64,000 nt of DNA, taken from assembly GCA_951406725.2 (NCBI GenBank), contig OX597823.1, positions 48,484,001-48,548,000 on the forward strand, given 5' to 3'. Positions 11,886-26,604 of this stretch are shown here, one piece after another. The DNA comes from Octopus vulgaris. Lineage: Eukaryota. Both the position numbers and the translations under genes were made by a program. Within the stretch, counting starts at the first letter, position 1. Each line of letters starts with the position of its first letter. Below the pieces are notes generated by a model. It had not been told where the DNA came from. It worked only from the letters and a program-made list of their open reading frames with translations, and searched no databases.

Positions 11886-14800
11886 AATTTATACACCCAA
11901 TAGCATAATCACAACATTTTAATTATATATGTTATTGTTTAATCTTATTTCATAAATTCTTCCATCAAGAAAACATCATTGCTTAAAATTAAATATTTCA
12001 TCTTTATTTGTTGTTGTTGTTGTTGTTTTTGTTTTGTCTTTTTTATTATATTTGGGAAAGAAAAACATGAATTCTGTCAAAACAATAATTTCATTGTATA
12101 CTTTCAACTATTCAAAGAACAGTAAAGAAGGAAGAGAAAATAGCAGATGTAAAATGACTGTTTGAAATAAGCTTGTATTTGAAATTGGCAAAATGATTCC
12201 AAGATCAATAGTGAAGCAACTAGGTGGGATGCAACTGTTAAAAAATAATAGAACCATAAAATAAGGAATCTGAATCAATTACTCATCTCATGAACAAATA
12301 CGATTCTATTTAAATTATTTTTCAGATCTTAACTAGGCCATGCACAGTTAATTAGAATTTATGCCTTTCAAATACTAATCCTATTCAATAATACATCAGT
12401 AAATCCATAGGCTGAGAAGTATATGAATTGAAATCAATTTCATTTTATTGTTGAAAGAGAACAAGAGTTTGGTAATCATAGTTAGGAGACAGGCTGTTTC
12501 TACAGTGATGCAATGATTACCCATGACTAGATAGTTATAGAATTTTAATAATCCTTTCCTCTTGTTTTCACATGTTCAAAAGCAAAACAATATAGATTGC
12601 AATGGTATTAATAATATATTTCTTAATTGACGGAATGTGAAAATATCTAATAAAGTATAGAGAAGGAAAAATTATCTTTTAACCTTGAATATTAGATAAT
12701 TCTGTACAGAGCAATTACATTCAAACATAATCTAATTATTTTTCTTTAACCTTTCAACTTTACTAATCACTCATTGAAAAGAAAAATTACCCTAGAAGTT
12801 ATTATGAACACAACAAAGAAAAGAAACTAAAGGTATTTTAAGAGCAATTCGATTTTCATCTTTTTTTTTATCATTAATAATCTTATTGGAACACATGATG
12901 GTTTAAATAAACATGTCTGTATGTATATACATACACACATATGCATACACACACACATACACATACATATTGATTTTGTTTGTTTATCTATATAAATATA
13001 TCTAATTACTTTTACATAATGTTTCATCTTATAGGGGTTAGCTGTCAAACATAATTGTTGTTTAATATCCTTAATTGAACTATTTTGATTTAACCTAAGG
13101 CCTAATTTAGTCTCACAAATTATCATCTCTGTATTATAATTGTCATTTCTATAGCCTGGCAAGTTTATTAATGTATTTTATTATTCTTATTTTTCTTTTC
13201 TTTTCCTTTCATAGAAGTTTTTTTTTTTCTTCTCATTGAGAATATGGTTTGACAACAGTGCATGTTTAAAAGTTCTATAGATCATTTCTGGTTAGAATAT
13301 TTCAAAACTCACCAAACATACCACCAAAAATAAAGGGATTAGAATTAAGGAAATATTTCAAATATAGAGATAAAAGATAGAGATCCTTTGGTTGTAAACA
13401 ATTATTCAAACAATAATAACATGAATTAAAAGCACTGAATCTATTGTAATCTATGAGAACATGGCAGAATAAATGGAGCCGTAAATTTGAAAAGAGACAG
13501 GTAACAACATGTCATAAATCTTTTAATTAAAGAATAAGCCAAATCTTAACATATAACTCTCATAGAGTTCTTTGACAGTTAAAGAGAAAATTTGAAAATA
13601 TTTCATAATAAAATAGGTTTAATAATGAAAATATCTATAATAATGTAGTTTTAAAATATCTTTCAGATAATTTAACATGTTTGAGTCTCTTTACCCCTAT
13701 CTTAGATGCATTGTTAAGTCATCTCAAACACACAACGCTTGCAAAATAATCAAAAACACAAATTAGATATTTGGAAGAAACTATGAAAAGGAAAACATGT
13801 TAAGAAGTGATCTCTTTACAAAATATTTGTTTAAGTTTAAAGGACCAAAAAATTAGTACTAAAATATTAATGTATTAATAATTAAGCAGTAATTCATTCA
13901 GGTTAGATGATAAATGAGCAATTGAAAATAATAAGGAAGATTAAGATTTCAGCAGAAGCTACTTTAGAACAAGAGAAACAAAATATTCAAAGAAAACCTA
14001 GGAAGAACCAGCTTGAGCAGGAAGCATTAAAGCAACACAAGTTTAAATTAGATAAAATGAGAAAGCAGGAACCTTCTTGAGACATGCCAAATGGAAATTA
14101 AAAAAGCAGATTTGTGATATAGTGACTTCTAACATAGCCACACAGGCATATTTTGAGGAGAGGAGTAAACCTAATCAACCTCTGCATACAACAGGTCAAT
14201 ATAAGAGGCTCTCTGTAATTGCTTGATTTGCTAGAAATAGTATCCACACTCATTCATATCACACCACACCATCTTAAAAAGGAAGTACATTATAGATAAT
14301 ATAATTCTAGATTCATTATATCCGAAAATAACGACAGGTCTGCTAGATTAGGGTTAACAACAGTAGAAACAACAAGAACACCAGTGAATACTTAGGTGAT
14401 ATTTTACTGACACTTGAAGGATAAAAATTGAATTTGGCTTCACTAAGATTAGAACCCACAACTAATCCTTACAATACATTTCATCTGTTGCTCTATCAAT
14501 TCTGCACTCTGTCTCCCCACTATTAATTCTGCCATTCACATCTTCACTTTATCTCTTACTTTACCAATTATATCTTCCACCTCTTCATTTCATTTGCCAC
14601 TTGACAACTCAGCCTTTTGCCATGCAGGTCTTTTATAATATTACTAAATTGTAATAAGTAATGTTCCTCAAATATTCTTCTCAAGTAATATTTCATGTTT
14701 AATAGCAGTAATATGTATTCTTAAATAAATAGTAGTTTAAATCAAGGATTGAGAACTAAGAAAAGACACTCTACAATCAGAAATTAATCTACTTTCAGTT

Positions 14801-15759
14801 TGAAATAATCCAAATGATCAATAAACACTTTCAAACAAAGTTATTTAGATGTTGTGGATGATAAAAATGATTTTTTAAAGAGAATAATCAATGAAAGAAT
14901 TCTAGTGACAGAAAATAAATGAACATTAAATATGCAGACAAGAGTTTTCTTCTTCTGTGTTTTAAATTTTCAATCAATAATTAAAAGTGCATTTACTGAT
15001 TACAGTATTAATTTGCATTAACTGAATTTGATTATTCTAAAACCCTCAAAGAAACATTGTTTGACTTTATCCTTTAGAATTGAATCTATTAAGAAACATA
15101 TTTCAAACAGCAGTAACTTCATTGTTAACACTTATAAATGTATTTTGTAAATTCTTTTCTAAAAGTAACTTTCAAAATAGAAATGCTATTTAACATAGTA
15201 GCAAATAAATTCAAAAACACTAAATAACACTTGTAAAGAAGCTTTTTGGCACTTAAAAAAATATAAAAAAACAGTAATGTTAAAAGAAAGTGGCAACTTT
15301 TATATATTTCAGAAAAAAGTACAATGTGTGAAAGTGATAAAACTTTTTACAGCAAGTATACCAGAAATGACAGAAAAAGAAAACAATTTAGTATTCACTT
15401 ATTTTATACAATTCCAACTATAAACAACTATCAATATAATCATCAATCTGCAATAAATCATCATAATACTATTACGATATAGTATCTGCTGTAACAGAAT
15501 TTTCGCTGGCATTAGAAAGTTTTTAAATAACTGACCAATTTGAAATTTAATAATAGATTAGTTTGAAAAAGGCCATTTGAATAATTTTAAACAAATGGTG
15601 TAGGCACAACTGTGTGGTTAAGAAATTTGCTTCACAACAATATGGTTCTGGTTGCACTTCTCAGAATCTTGGGTAAACATCTATTTAACTTCAGGTTGAA
15701 TGATACTTTGTGAGTAAAACTTTGTACACACACAAACACCATACGATGATAGTCGGATA

Positions 15760-15965
15760 CATATACATTTCTATTACTCCAATTTTCCTTTCCTTCTCCA
15801 TTTTTTCTTAACATCTCTATCCTATCTTACTAAAGAAGAGTGCATACTTGAAACATTAAAAGTATTTTCATTTTTTTTTCCCCCTCATTTCTAAATGTCT
15901 AACTAATACTAGCTCTGTTTATTTTGTACCTTGTCTGTGTGTTTTATTTTTCCTCACCTTGGTAT
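15760..15965 (+). mobile_element. Diverged copy of the Penelope-like short repeat at 33975
   Basis: gaagagtgcatacttgaaacattaaaag and ctaatact..ttgtac motifs shared with 33975-34156. Confidence 0.5.
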
Positions 15966-16204
15966 ATATATATATATCAGATCAGAAGAAAACTGGAGAC
16001 TATATGTATATTTTTTTTTAATGATGTGATAAAAAAAAAACTGCAACTGAATTTCCGAGTTTATTCTGATTTTAGATACACACTCTGTAATCTATTCAAA
16101 TGTATATAATACCAAATGAAAGTCAGTGAACAAACTAAGTTTGATACCTGATTGAAAGTTGGATATACATGAATTCACCTGGAGTTCTAAGCAAAACTTA
16201 AAAG

Positions 16205-16445
16205 CAAATGGCCAGGTGGTCAGGGTGTTGCACTCATGGTTGCAAGTCAGTGGTTTCAATTCCCAAATTGGGCAGTGCAATGTGTTCTTGAGCAAAACAC
16301 TTCATTTCACACTGCTCAGATCCACTCAGCTGTATATGGGTAAGTAACCTTGCAATGGGTTGGCATCTAATTCAAGGAGTTGGGGTTTTGATCCCTTATA
16401 CATCATAGAAACTGGGTAATTAACCATATCAGTCCTAGTCCGAGT
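16205..16445 (+). mobile_element. SINE family E (diverged)
   Basis: gtgttcttgagcaaaacacttcatttcac..ccactcagctg. Confidence 0.75.
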
Positions 16446-17074
16446 GAAGGTTAACTGTTTTGCTATCTCATTTGGAATAACAACTGTTCAGTACATGTGT
16501 ATCTGTATATATACATACACATAACATCATCACATTTTAACATCTACTTTTTCCATGCTTACAAAGGTCAAATGAGAGTATGGTGGTGTAGGATTTTCTA
16601 CAGCCAGATGCCTTTCCTATTGCCAACATCTACTTGTTTCCAAGTGCACGTCTATGTGTGCACTTGCATGTGCATCTGTGTATGTGTGTGTGAATTTCTA
16701 TGTGTTTATATTTGTCCCTCCTTGCACCATTTGACAGCTATACTGGTTTGTTTACATCTCCATACCATAGTTTTTCATCAAAACAGACAGATAGAATAAC
16801 TACCAGAGTTAATAAGTAAGTACAAGGATAGATTTTTTCAACTAAAACTTGTAAAACCCTAACATCACCACAATCCAATGAATGAAAAAAATTAAAAGGC
16901 TGAAAATATGTTATTTCGGTGAGATTTTCTTGTCTTTCATCCTACTGAACAACAAATAACCAGGCATGCTTATGTGGAGAACTGGAAACATATGACACTG
17001 TTAAAGAAACCACATTTACAATCAGTGGGCAAAATAGGTGTACAATGAAAATACTAAGTCTCTCACTCACACAC

Positions 17075-17670
17075 ACACATGTATATATGACAGGCATCTT
17101 TCAGTTTCTGTCTTTTCTACTCTAAGCACAAGGCCCAAAATTTGGGGTGGGGAGGGGGCCAGTCAATTAGATCGACCTCAGTACACAACTGGTACTTAAA
17201 TTATCAACCCTGAAAGGATGAAAAGCAAAGTCGACCTCGGTCGAATTTGCACTCAGAACATTAAGAGAGACAAAATACTGCTAAGCATTTCACCTATTTC
17301 TTTACTACCCACAAGGGGCTAAACACAGAGAGGACAAACAAGGACAGACAAAGGGATTAAGTCGATTACATCAACCCCCAGTGTATAACAGGTACTTAAT
17401 TTATTGACCCCGAAAGGTTGAAAAGCAAAGTCGACCTCGGCGGAATTTGAACTCAGAACGTAACGGCAGACGAAATACGGCTACGCATTTCACCTGGCAT
17501 GCTAATGTTTCTGCCAGCTCGCCACCGTCTTTCAGTTTCTGTCTACCAAGTCTTTGGTTAGCCCACGGCTATAATAGATGACAGTTACCCAAGGTGCCAC
17601 AGGGTGGGACTGAACCTGAGACCACTTGGTTGAGAAGCAGACTTGTTAAACACACAGCCATGCCTGCATC
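17075..17670 (-). mobile_element. Nested SINEs: family B host containing two family A copies
   Basis: 17-bp TSD tctttcagtttctgtct at 17097 and 17528; inner direct repeat gcatttcacct at 17285 and 17485. Confidence 0.9.
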
Positions 17671-19484
17671 TATTCACACACACACAAACACATACATATA
17701 CATGCACACATGTACATATATTTGGATCCAAAATCTTCTTTTATAAAAATGAGATTTAGTGTTTTGAAATAAATCTTGAAATAAAACTGCATAATAACAT
17801 ACATACAAATAAATATACATATACACATATAAATACATATATGTGTGTGCACGCATATTAGTGTGTTTCTATGGTGTCTTTGCACTGACACTCAGTTAGT
17901 ATTGGCTATTTTATGTTCTCCACAAACAAAACAACTGGTAGAGGCTCAAAAAGGTGAAGATGAGGGCTAAAAGTCTCTTGAAAAAAAAAAAAAAGACCAG
18001 TAATGCTTTGGTGTCAAGAATAACATCTTTCTATGGCATACTGCCCAAAGAATTTGTCTTCAAGCATGAAAAGGTGGATGTAAAAATAATCAGGATGAAG
18101 AGGTTGATGGTTTGTGTGTGGTTGCAGTCAACCCAGTGACTGATTACAAATTGCTGGCAATTATATTTTTACTTCTAACAATGTCATCATATTGCATTCC
18201 TTACAAACTACAAGTTGTTACACAATGCTGAAACCAGTTATGTTAGAGCTACTGAAAATATATCTGGACATGAAAAGCAACACCCAAGATGTTTAATGGG
18301 TAATTTAATCTATGAATCATGCATCTATATAGTATTGTCCTGCGATTTGGCTCATGTTATATACACAAGGAACAAGGTTTCATTTTCACCCTTACATTCT
18401 GATTACTCCTATTACTTCACTCTGCCTTCTTTTCTCTCTCTCTCTCTCTCTCACCTCTCCCTCTCACTCTCTTTCTCTTTTCCCTTGTTTTCTGTTATTC
18501 TTTGATTTATGTTGATACTGACCTTACCACAAGCCTACCCACTCTAGTAGCTGTTCTTGCCTAAAACCTTTATAACTGTCTGCATCACATCAAGAGAGCC
18601 TTCCACCAGTCATATAAATAACTCATTAAAAATATATCTTAATTACACTGATGGTTAATGACCATTAATGGCTTCATAAGACCCATAATTAGATTCATAA
18701 GAAAATGAATGCATTTTGTGCTTCTTTGTAGTCATATATTACAAAGACTAGAGACAAGGCTTAAGGGAATAAAATTTTGTTCTGGCTGGAAGCTTTACTG
18801 ATTGTCATGAAACTAATATTACAATTACTAATTTCATAATCCATTTTTATATTTATTCGGTTTCCTTTTAGATTAAAAGAAGTCTCTGTAATTAAAATCA
18901 CCTTAACACTAATATGAAATCTGACATATATTCTTATATGATAAATGATTATAACAGAATTATAGAATTTTATAGTTCCTCAATACAGTTTATATTGTTG
19001 TATCTGCTACGTTGGTTCTAGTACAGCAAGCCATAGTTTTGCTGAACAAGTATATTATGTTTGAAAATACTTATTATCATTTCAAACACATTAGTGATCA
19101 CAAAGAAGCAACAAGACCACAGCAGAGATCTTAATGGTTAGTGGAAGTACGTGAAAAATAAATATTCAATCCATATTTTAGAAGTTTAAACTTTCACAGA
19201 AGATCAAGAGCATTTTCCAGGATGTAGATAAAAACAAGACCTGAGTGCATTGTTTAGTCTGAGATCAGTCCTGACTGAAAAGATCTATGATCAAAGAAAG
19301 GCATTCCAGCTGTGAATCATCCAGTCTATTTGTTTATCTTGCACTGTATTATTCAATGTCTCTTCCTTTTTGAAGAGGTAATGGAGTAATACGAGTGAGA
19401 ATCTTCTGCTATTTCCTGCAGGTTGAACACTCATGTAGAACTTACCTTGTTGGTTCATCAATATATGCAGTTATGATATGTGCA

Positions 19485-19800
<316 letters not shown>

Positions 19801-20189
19801 GAGAAAAGGAGAATGTTGGATGTGACCAGCATTTTTTAAAAATTATATGAAAGAGAAAGAAATATTGCTCAACAAAATATATTTAATATCATTGGTAATA
19901 TTTTAGTTCAATATAAAGTTAATACAATATATACATGATACCTTTATTTAATATATATTCAATACCTAGGTTCAATATATACTTGATACATTGATTCAAC
20001 ATATAATTCATACCTTCATACAGAATATAAATTATATCTTAGCTTGATTTATAATTGATACTATGACTCAATATATTTTTCGTACCTTGACACCATTCAT
20101 AATCATTAGTTACATGATAGTACAATAGTACAATAGAATAAGTTAAATTTTTATATTATTTTTCTTTACTCAAGTATTTATCTAGACAA

Positions 20190-20522
20190 TAACACATGGC
20201 TAGAGCATCAGGCCCACAATCATGAAGTAGTGAGTTTGGTTCCCAGACCAGGCTGTGTATTGTGTTCTTGAGCAAGACACTTCATTTCACATTGCTCATG
20301 CTTACTCAGCAGTAGAAATGAGTTGCAGCATCACTGGTGCCAATCTGTATCAGCCTTTGCATTTCCCTTGGATCACATTGGTGGCATGGAGAGGGAAGGT
20401 TCGTATGTATGGGCAACTGCTGGCCTTCCATAAAACAACCTTGCCCAGACTAGTTGCTCAGAGGGTAACTTTCTAGTTGCAATCCTATGGTCATTCATGA
20501 CTGAAGTGGGTATTTACTTTTT
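20190..20522 (+). mobile_element. SINE family F
   Basis: tRNA-like head plus body shared with 301-455 and 1400-1730. Confidence 0.8.
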
Positions 20523-20552
20523 ACTGATCCCTATAGAAACTAAACCATACCT

Positions 20553-20720
20553 TCATCATCATCATTATTCAATGCCCATCTTCCATGCTGGCATGGGTTG
20601 AACAATATGACAGATGCAACAAAGTAAGAGGACCACATCAAGCTCCAATGTCTCCTTTGGTATGGTCTCTACATCTGAATGGCCTTCCTAATGCTAACCA
20701 CTTCACAGAGTGTACTGGAT
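20553..20720 (-). mobile_element. Repeat family C
   Basis: (CAT)n + ttccatgctggcatggg..ccttcctaatgctaacc. Confidence 0.75.
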
Positions 20721-21469
20721 TGATTTTGGTTGGTGACAGCAGCAGCAGCAGTGAGGTCAGAAAGTAATGTGTAAGACAAAGGAAAAGAAGAAGATTCCTC
20801 AATTGAATGAGATCGTAATTGAGGAAAAGTTGGCTTTATGCCAGGTGTTGAGAAGTTAGGTTATGACAGAAGAAAGGGCACAGATGTCTTGCTAAGAAAG
20901 AGATACGTGACAACCTAATATTATCTAGGAGTGGTTGGAATTAGCCAGAAATAAGATTAAAGGTGTCAGAGTGTACTCTCAAGGAACAAGAAGGTGAGTA
21001 TAAAATAAAATACAGACTGGGGATGAAGAGAGTGGGTGGATAAGTTCAAAGGAGAGTGAGGGAAGAGTAACAGGTGGCTGGAGAAGAGGAAAAAAGTAAA
21101 ATAACAGGGGAGAAAGGTTCAACAAAATCAACCTCGCACTCCACCAACATTGCTATGCAGTCAATGCCATCAACTCTTCTATGCAAGAATTGGTCTACTG
21201 AACCATCAACAGTATCACCACAAAGGAAATATTCAGTAAAGAAAATAAATTCTGGGATACGAGATAAAGCCACCACCACCACCAACAAGAGGTTAAAGTA
21301 AGGAATGACATACAACAATGGAGGTGTGGTAAATAGTAGTATGGAGAAGAAGGTAACAGACATAACTCAAGCAAGAGGAGGTGATAAATGGAAGCAGAAG
21401 AAGGGTGGAGAGCAGTAGTATAATAAACCTGCAGGTAGATCAAGTATGTTCTAGTCTCAGTTCCTCTTG

Positions 21470-21790
21470 CACAGTTGGCCAGTACATTGGGTAGCAAGAG
21501 GCTTGTAGTAATCTTGGTTTGGAGCATGGTTACCCACATCTTCCCAAGTAATGCTAAATTGTTTCAGATCTTTGAAAATAGTGTGCCATGTCTTCATTGA
21601 CCTCCCTCTCTTTCTTCATCCCTCTTGTGGTACTCATTGTATAGCAGTATTGGGTATTTATTCTTCTATCAGTAAGAATAAATGACCTACAAGTCTTCTC
21701 ACTCTTCTTTCTACCACAGACTTCCGCAGGTTGAACAGATTGACTCTTCTCAGAATACTCAAGATCACTCATAGGCACAAAATCACAAAA
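21470..21790 (-). mobile_element. Degraded RTE-like LINE 3' coding end
   Basis: Remnants resembling GH.LR...R.P..A..W.P..G.R.RGRP..TW...F.KDL. Confidence 0.5.
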
Positions 21791-22923
21791 TCAAATATGT
21801 ATCCATTCCCTTATAAATCCGAGGTCTTAGACCAAAATGTCAAAATCATTATAGCACTCACAGTAATCATTATACCAAAGAAGGAAGTGGAGACAGCTTA
21901 TATGTCAGAACACTGATCTGAGTTCTAATCTACAGCCAACTTTCAGTTTTACATTTCATCCTTCAAAGGTTGACAGGATATTGAACCAATACCAATAACA
22001 AACATCAATTGGTTTAATTACCCAAAACAGAGATCAACACAAATCAATTATACACCTTTCCCTAAAACAAAATTGGCCTTGTGCCTAATTAAGAAACTTA
22101 TTATAACTTCCATACTTACTTAAAAGTAAAATCATGTCTTGTTAACCAACTCTTTGCAATTAAAAAACTTCAATGAATTTTATCCAGCTTCCTTAATATA
22201 TTAAGCAATGTTGTTTGCATTTCTTTTCCTTCTTTCTTGAATAAATTAGCAATTTTAAGCACAATGTCAGTTCTGTAATTTCCTGCAGTATTTGTCTCCA
22301 GTATATCAATTTTCTTATTTTTGTTTATTTATTTATTTTTATTTTTTCAGCGTTTTCCATGTTAATAATTTAGACTGAAATTTTTTGCTTTGGTGTATGA
22401 TTATTTCAGCACATAAATATTTCATTTGGGGATTAACTCATTCTCACAGAAAGAATTGTGTTTACAAAAAACAGAGGGTTACCTGTGTTTTTATATTAAT
22501 CAATCAATTTCATATTGTATAATATTCAAGACGAAAATATTTTATGGAAAAACAAATTTGATTTTTATAAGCTACTTCATACATCTAATTTAGCTGAAAT
22601 TTTGTTTGCAACAGCTTTAACTAGCTAACTTGGACACTCAAGTAAACTTACCAAAAAAAAACAACCAAAAAAAAAACAACTTACAAATATAAAATAATTA
22701 CATGTAGATGCCAAGGAAAATAATTATATGTAGATACAATGAAAAAGAATGACAAAAATCTAAATAAATTAAGTAGATAAAAAGAGAGAGAGGGATGGAG
22801 GGAGAAAATGTACTGCAACAAAACAGTAAAAGCTTCTTCAAAATAACTTTATATGAAATAACTTCCAATCAGGGTATACAATATTAATTTATTCTCCACT
22901 CCTATAATTTCTTCTTAAACTGA

Positions 22924-23115
22924 ATGTATGTATGTATGTATGTATGTATGTATACATGTATGTATGTATACATGTATGTATGTATGCATGTGTATATGCA
23001 TGTTTGTGTGTATGTATGTATGCATGCATGTATGCATGTATATATATATATATAATGTTTGTGTATGTATGTAATGTTTGTGTATGTAATGTGCGTTTGA
23101 GTGCATATGTATGTA
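22924..23115. repeat. (TATG)n-rich microsatellite
   Basis: Direct inspection. Confidence 0.9.
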
Positions 23116-23539
23116 TTCTTTTCTTTTCTTAGAGTGAAAGTGCAGACATAAATGTGTATGGGTTACTTGTATAGTATTTCTCATATTTACATTTTTATGA
23201 TAGTCTTCCTGCCTTGAAGAATTCACACACACACACATACATATCATACTTTTAAAGTTCATTTTCGATACTTGCATGAGTTAGAAAGATTGTAACAGTT
23301 CTGATTGAGGTTTTATTCAGTATTATTGTCCCCTATATTGGGTCAGTGAGTCACATCTTGACTGAAGTTTAGTATGGTTTTTATGACCAAATTCCCTCCT
23401 TTTCAGCAACAGTGGCTACTGGATGCATTTTATCATTTACCAGAGAGGATGCCATGATCTTAACAAAACAAGGCCAAGGGTTTTCTCAAACTGTTGAGAA
23501 CAAGGGAATGACATCATACCGAAACCAGAAATTCATGCA

Positions 23540-23960
23540 TTATAGCTTGGTACCATTCAATATTTCATCAGTGAGTGCTCTTTTCTTCTAAGAACAATGG
23601 GGGCAATTGGTACCTTTGGGGTAATTATTAGATGTAAGACACCAAGAATATTCCAGATAATTATCATATTCCACTCATTTGTGATTGTCTTCTTCCTTGA
23701 ATGTGGCCAACATTTGTCTCTAAGCCTGATTTAGTGTGAGCATACAATCAAATACCAGTTAAACCATGAGATAAACATAAGACATTTATCACTATACCCT
23801 TTGGACAATCTGAGGTTTTGAGAATTCCATTTGATCTACAGAATTCAGAAAATCCACTCCAGAGATTCAGTGGTTAAAGTTATTCATGGTTTGGATATTG
23901 TTTTTGCTTATATTGACAACTTATTAATTGCCAGCTCTTCAAATTTACAATACAAAGAAT
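23540..23960 (+). mobile_element. Degraded Ty3/Gypsy reverse transcriptase fragment
   Basis: Remnants PDNY.IP, DLV.AYNQIPV, TIPFG, GLDIVFAYIDNLLIAS (YIDD motif decayed). Confidence 0.85.
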
Positions 23961-24187
23961 ATTTTCATCATAGTCTTCTTCATAGTAAGCACACCAATTT
24001 TAGTGAAATTGTCATTATATTAAGTGAGAAGATTTGATACAAAAATATGTGGGGGGGGGGGCTAGAAATAATGGCCATGCCCTATATTGGTAGACTCATG
24101 AGAAGATTGTTCTTCCATTTTACTAACATAATATGTTTCTGAAGTGGAATTTGGTAGATGCAAACTGTGTTGAGAACCTACAGTACA

Positions 24188-24246
<59 letters not shown>

Positions 24247-25433
24247 ATATATTTATATATATGTATATATATGGATGTATATATTTAGGTTAAGATAAGA
24301 GAAGAAATGGAGTAACATATAACAATTAGAAGATGATCATTAGTATTGAATGGTGATGGCTTAATTATGATTAAGATAACATTTACAGCTGCTTCAGTTT
24401 GTTATTTTTGAGGGAAACTTTCGTTTATCTCATTCCATGTAACAGACATAATCAGAATGATATGAACTTTACCAGAGGAATATTGACAGGAGATAGATGG
24501 TTGATAGGAGAAAAAAGGAAAAAAGAAAAGGCAAAGAAAAAGGGAAACAGGAAAAGGTTAGTTAGGTCTTTAGGCATACATTTTGTGTCCTTAAAAGATG
24601 GCACATGTGTGTACAGTTGCTTCAAGTAGATCAATTGAGCAGTGACATATATATATATATATATATATATCTTTACGAACTTATGGAAATAATAAAAGCA
24701 TGAATAATAAAAGCATGAATATATACTAATAACGATAAGCAATCTTGCATAAACTGAGTTGAATAAAGGCAAAAATGCTTGAAAGGTTTTAGTCATTGCT
24801 TCGTATTTTTACCACATTTGAACAAATACAGGCTATGACTGTGCTTAATCCTTGGGGAAATTTTGTTGAATTTAAACCTGAGAATACTCGTTTGGCATTC
24901 CTGAGTCATTTGCTACCAAGAAAATCCACAAGGACAAATTGATTTTGGCAGTAATGCCAGAAGTGATTACAATTATGCCAGAAATACGGTTCATTAGTCA
25001 ATTTTCTGTTGAAAAATAGATCTTTGTGCAAAGAAATGGTATCACACTACTTCAAAGATATCGTTTAATCATAGAATACTGAAGACATTCACATTGGCAG
25101 TTTAGTAGTGGCACAAAGGCCATTATTGATGGAAAATGTGCCAATAATTGTTCCAAAAAAGCATGCATTTTGGTCATTTTCCATTGACAAATAGGGTTTT
25201 GTGCATCACAAATGTACTCATAACACCCCTTGTACATTGCTGTATTTTTTGACACTGCAAACATTAAAATTGCCAATGTAGATTAGAAGCAAATTTGAAT
25301 ATTGCTCAAAAATGACCTCAAAATTGTGCAACCTGACCTCGTTTTCAAGGTTATTTTCATAGTAAGAAAGAGTTGTTGTGCAAAAAACATACTTCATTTG
25401 GTAGCCAAAAGACTACTGAATCTTTTAATACCT

Positions 25434-25645
25434 CATCATTATTATCATTGTTTAACGTCTGCTTTGCATGCTGGCATGGGTAGATGGTTTGACTGAGGAC
25501 TGGCAGGCTGGGAAGCTGCATCAGGCTCCAGTCTGATTTGGTAAGGTTTCTACAGCTTGATGCCTTTCCTAACACCAAGCTCTCCAAGAGTGGAGCCAAG
25601 TCAGGCAGCGCTGGCATTGACCACACTCAAATGGTGCTTTTTATG
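25434..25645 (-). mobile_element. Repeat family C
   Basis: Colinear with 54760-54985. Confidence 0.8.
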
Positions 25646-25769
25646 TAAGTAACTCGGGTTTTGAATCCATAAGGAACATATGCACCACACACAGACACAC
25701 AAACCCTGTTTCATATGTGTATATATATATTTGTGTGTGTGTATGTGTATACATATATATTATATATGT

Positions 25770-25807
<38 letters not shown>

Positions 25808-25834
25808 CTATAAAGATAAGTATGTATGAAAGCA

Positions 25835-26080
25835 TAAAGATCTTTCCCAAGTCATATAGACTCATAGGACCAGTTTTCTAGTTTCCATGGCACATGTATT
25901 TCCCCACAGGATGAGATTCAGACATGTTACAGGATTACTAATTTTTGCCAATTGAGTAGACTGGATCAATGTGAAATGAAGTGGTTTGCTCAAGAAAACA
26001 ACACATCACCTGTTCCAGGAATAGAAACCACAATCTCACAATCATGACTCCAACATCTCAACCACTAAGCCACTGCCTTC
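25835..26080 (-). mobile_element. SINE family E
   Basis: Colinear with 9967-10230. Confidence 0.8.
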
Positions 26081-26122
26081 GTTCACACAGGGTGCAATTG
26101 TTCCCCGTAGGCTTACTGATGT

Positions 26123-26604
26123 ACTCCTTATCTCCTCAAAGACATACAGCATCTCGAAAGAGTCCAGAAGCTGGCTACCCGCATGATTCATGGTCTCAAA
26201 AATTTGTCCTATGAAGAAAGGCTGAGGACGCTTGACCTTTATTCTCTAGAAAAACGCCGCCGCCGTGGTGATCTCATTCTCGCCCACAACATCATAAGCG
26301 GAAAGTGTAACCTCTCGAAAGAGCTGTTCTTCACTCCTGCTCCAGAGCGTCGGCTGCGGGGGTCATTCCGAAAAGCTCTACCTGCGACGATTTCATCTCA
26401 ATCGAAGGAGAGGAGCTTTCTCCGTCCGGGTTGCGGATCCATGGAACAAGCTGCCAGACGAGATGGTGAAGATGCCGACGACCGCTTTGTTCAAAGCCTC
26501 CCTTGACCTCAAGTGGCCTGAACTCTTTACATGAACACCAACCTGTACTTAACTCTATGTCCCCCTACATGGTCTTGCTATTTGCTTTTGAGCCAAATTA
26601 ACTA
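26123..26604 (+). mobile_element. 5'-truncated CR1-clade LINE 3' end, young
   Basis: LERVQKLATRMIHGLKNLSYEERLRTLDLYSLEKRRRRGDLI...PWNKLP..FKASLD with one frameshift; (TAAC)-like tail; 8-bp TSD actgatgt at 26115 and 26605; CpG retained. Confidence 0.92.

Noticed and set aside
13900-14100. Charged coiled-coil-like reading (EATLEQEKQNIQRK...)
   Set aside because: Stops on both sides and no splice support; at most a decayed gag remnant
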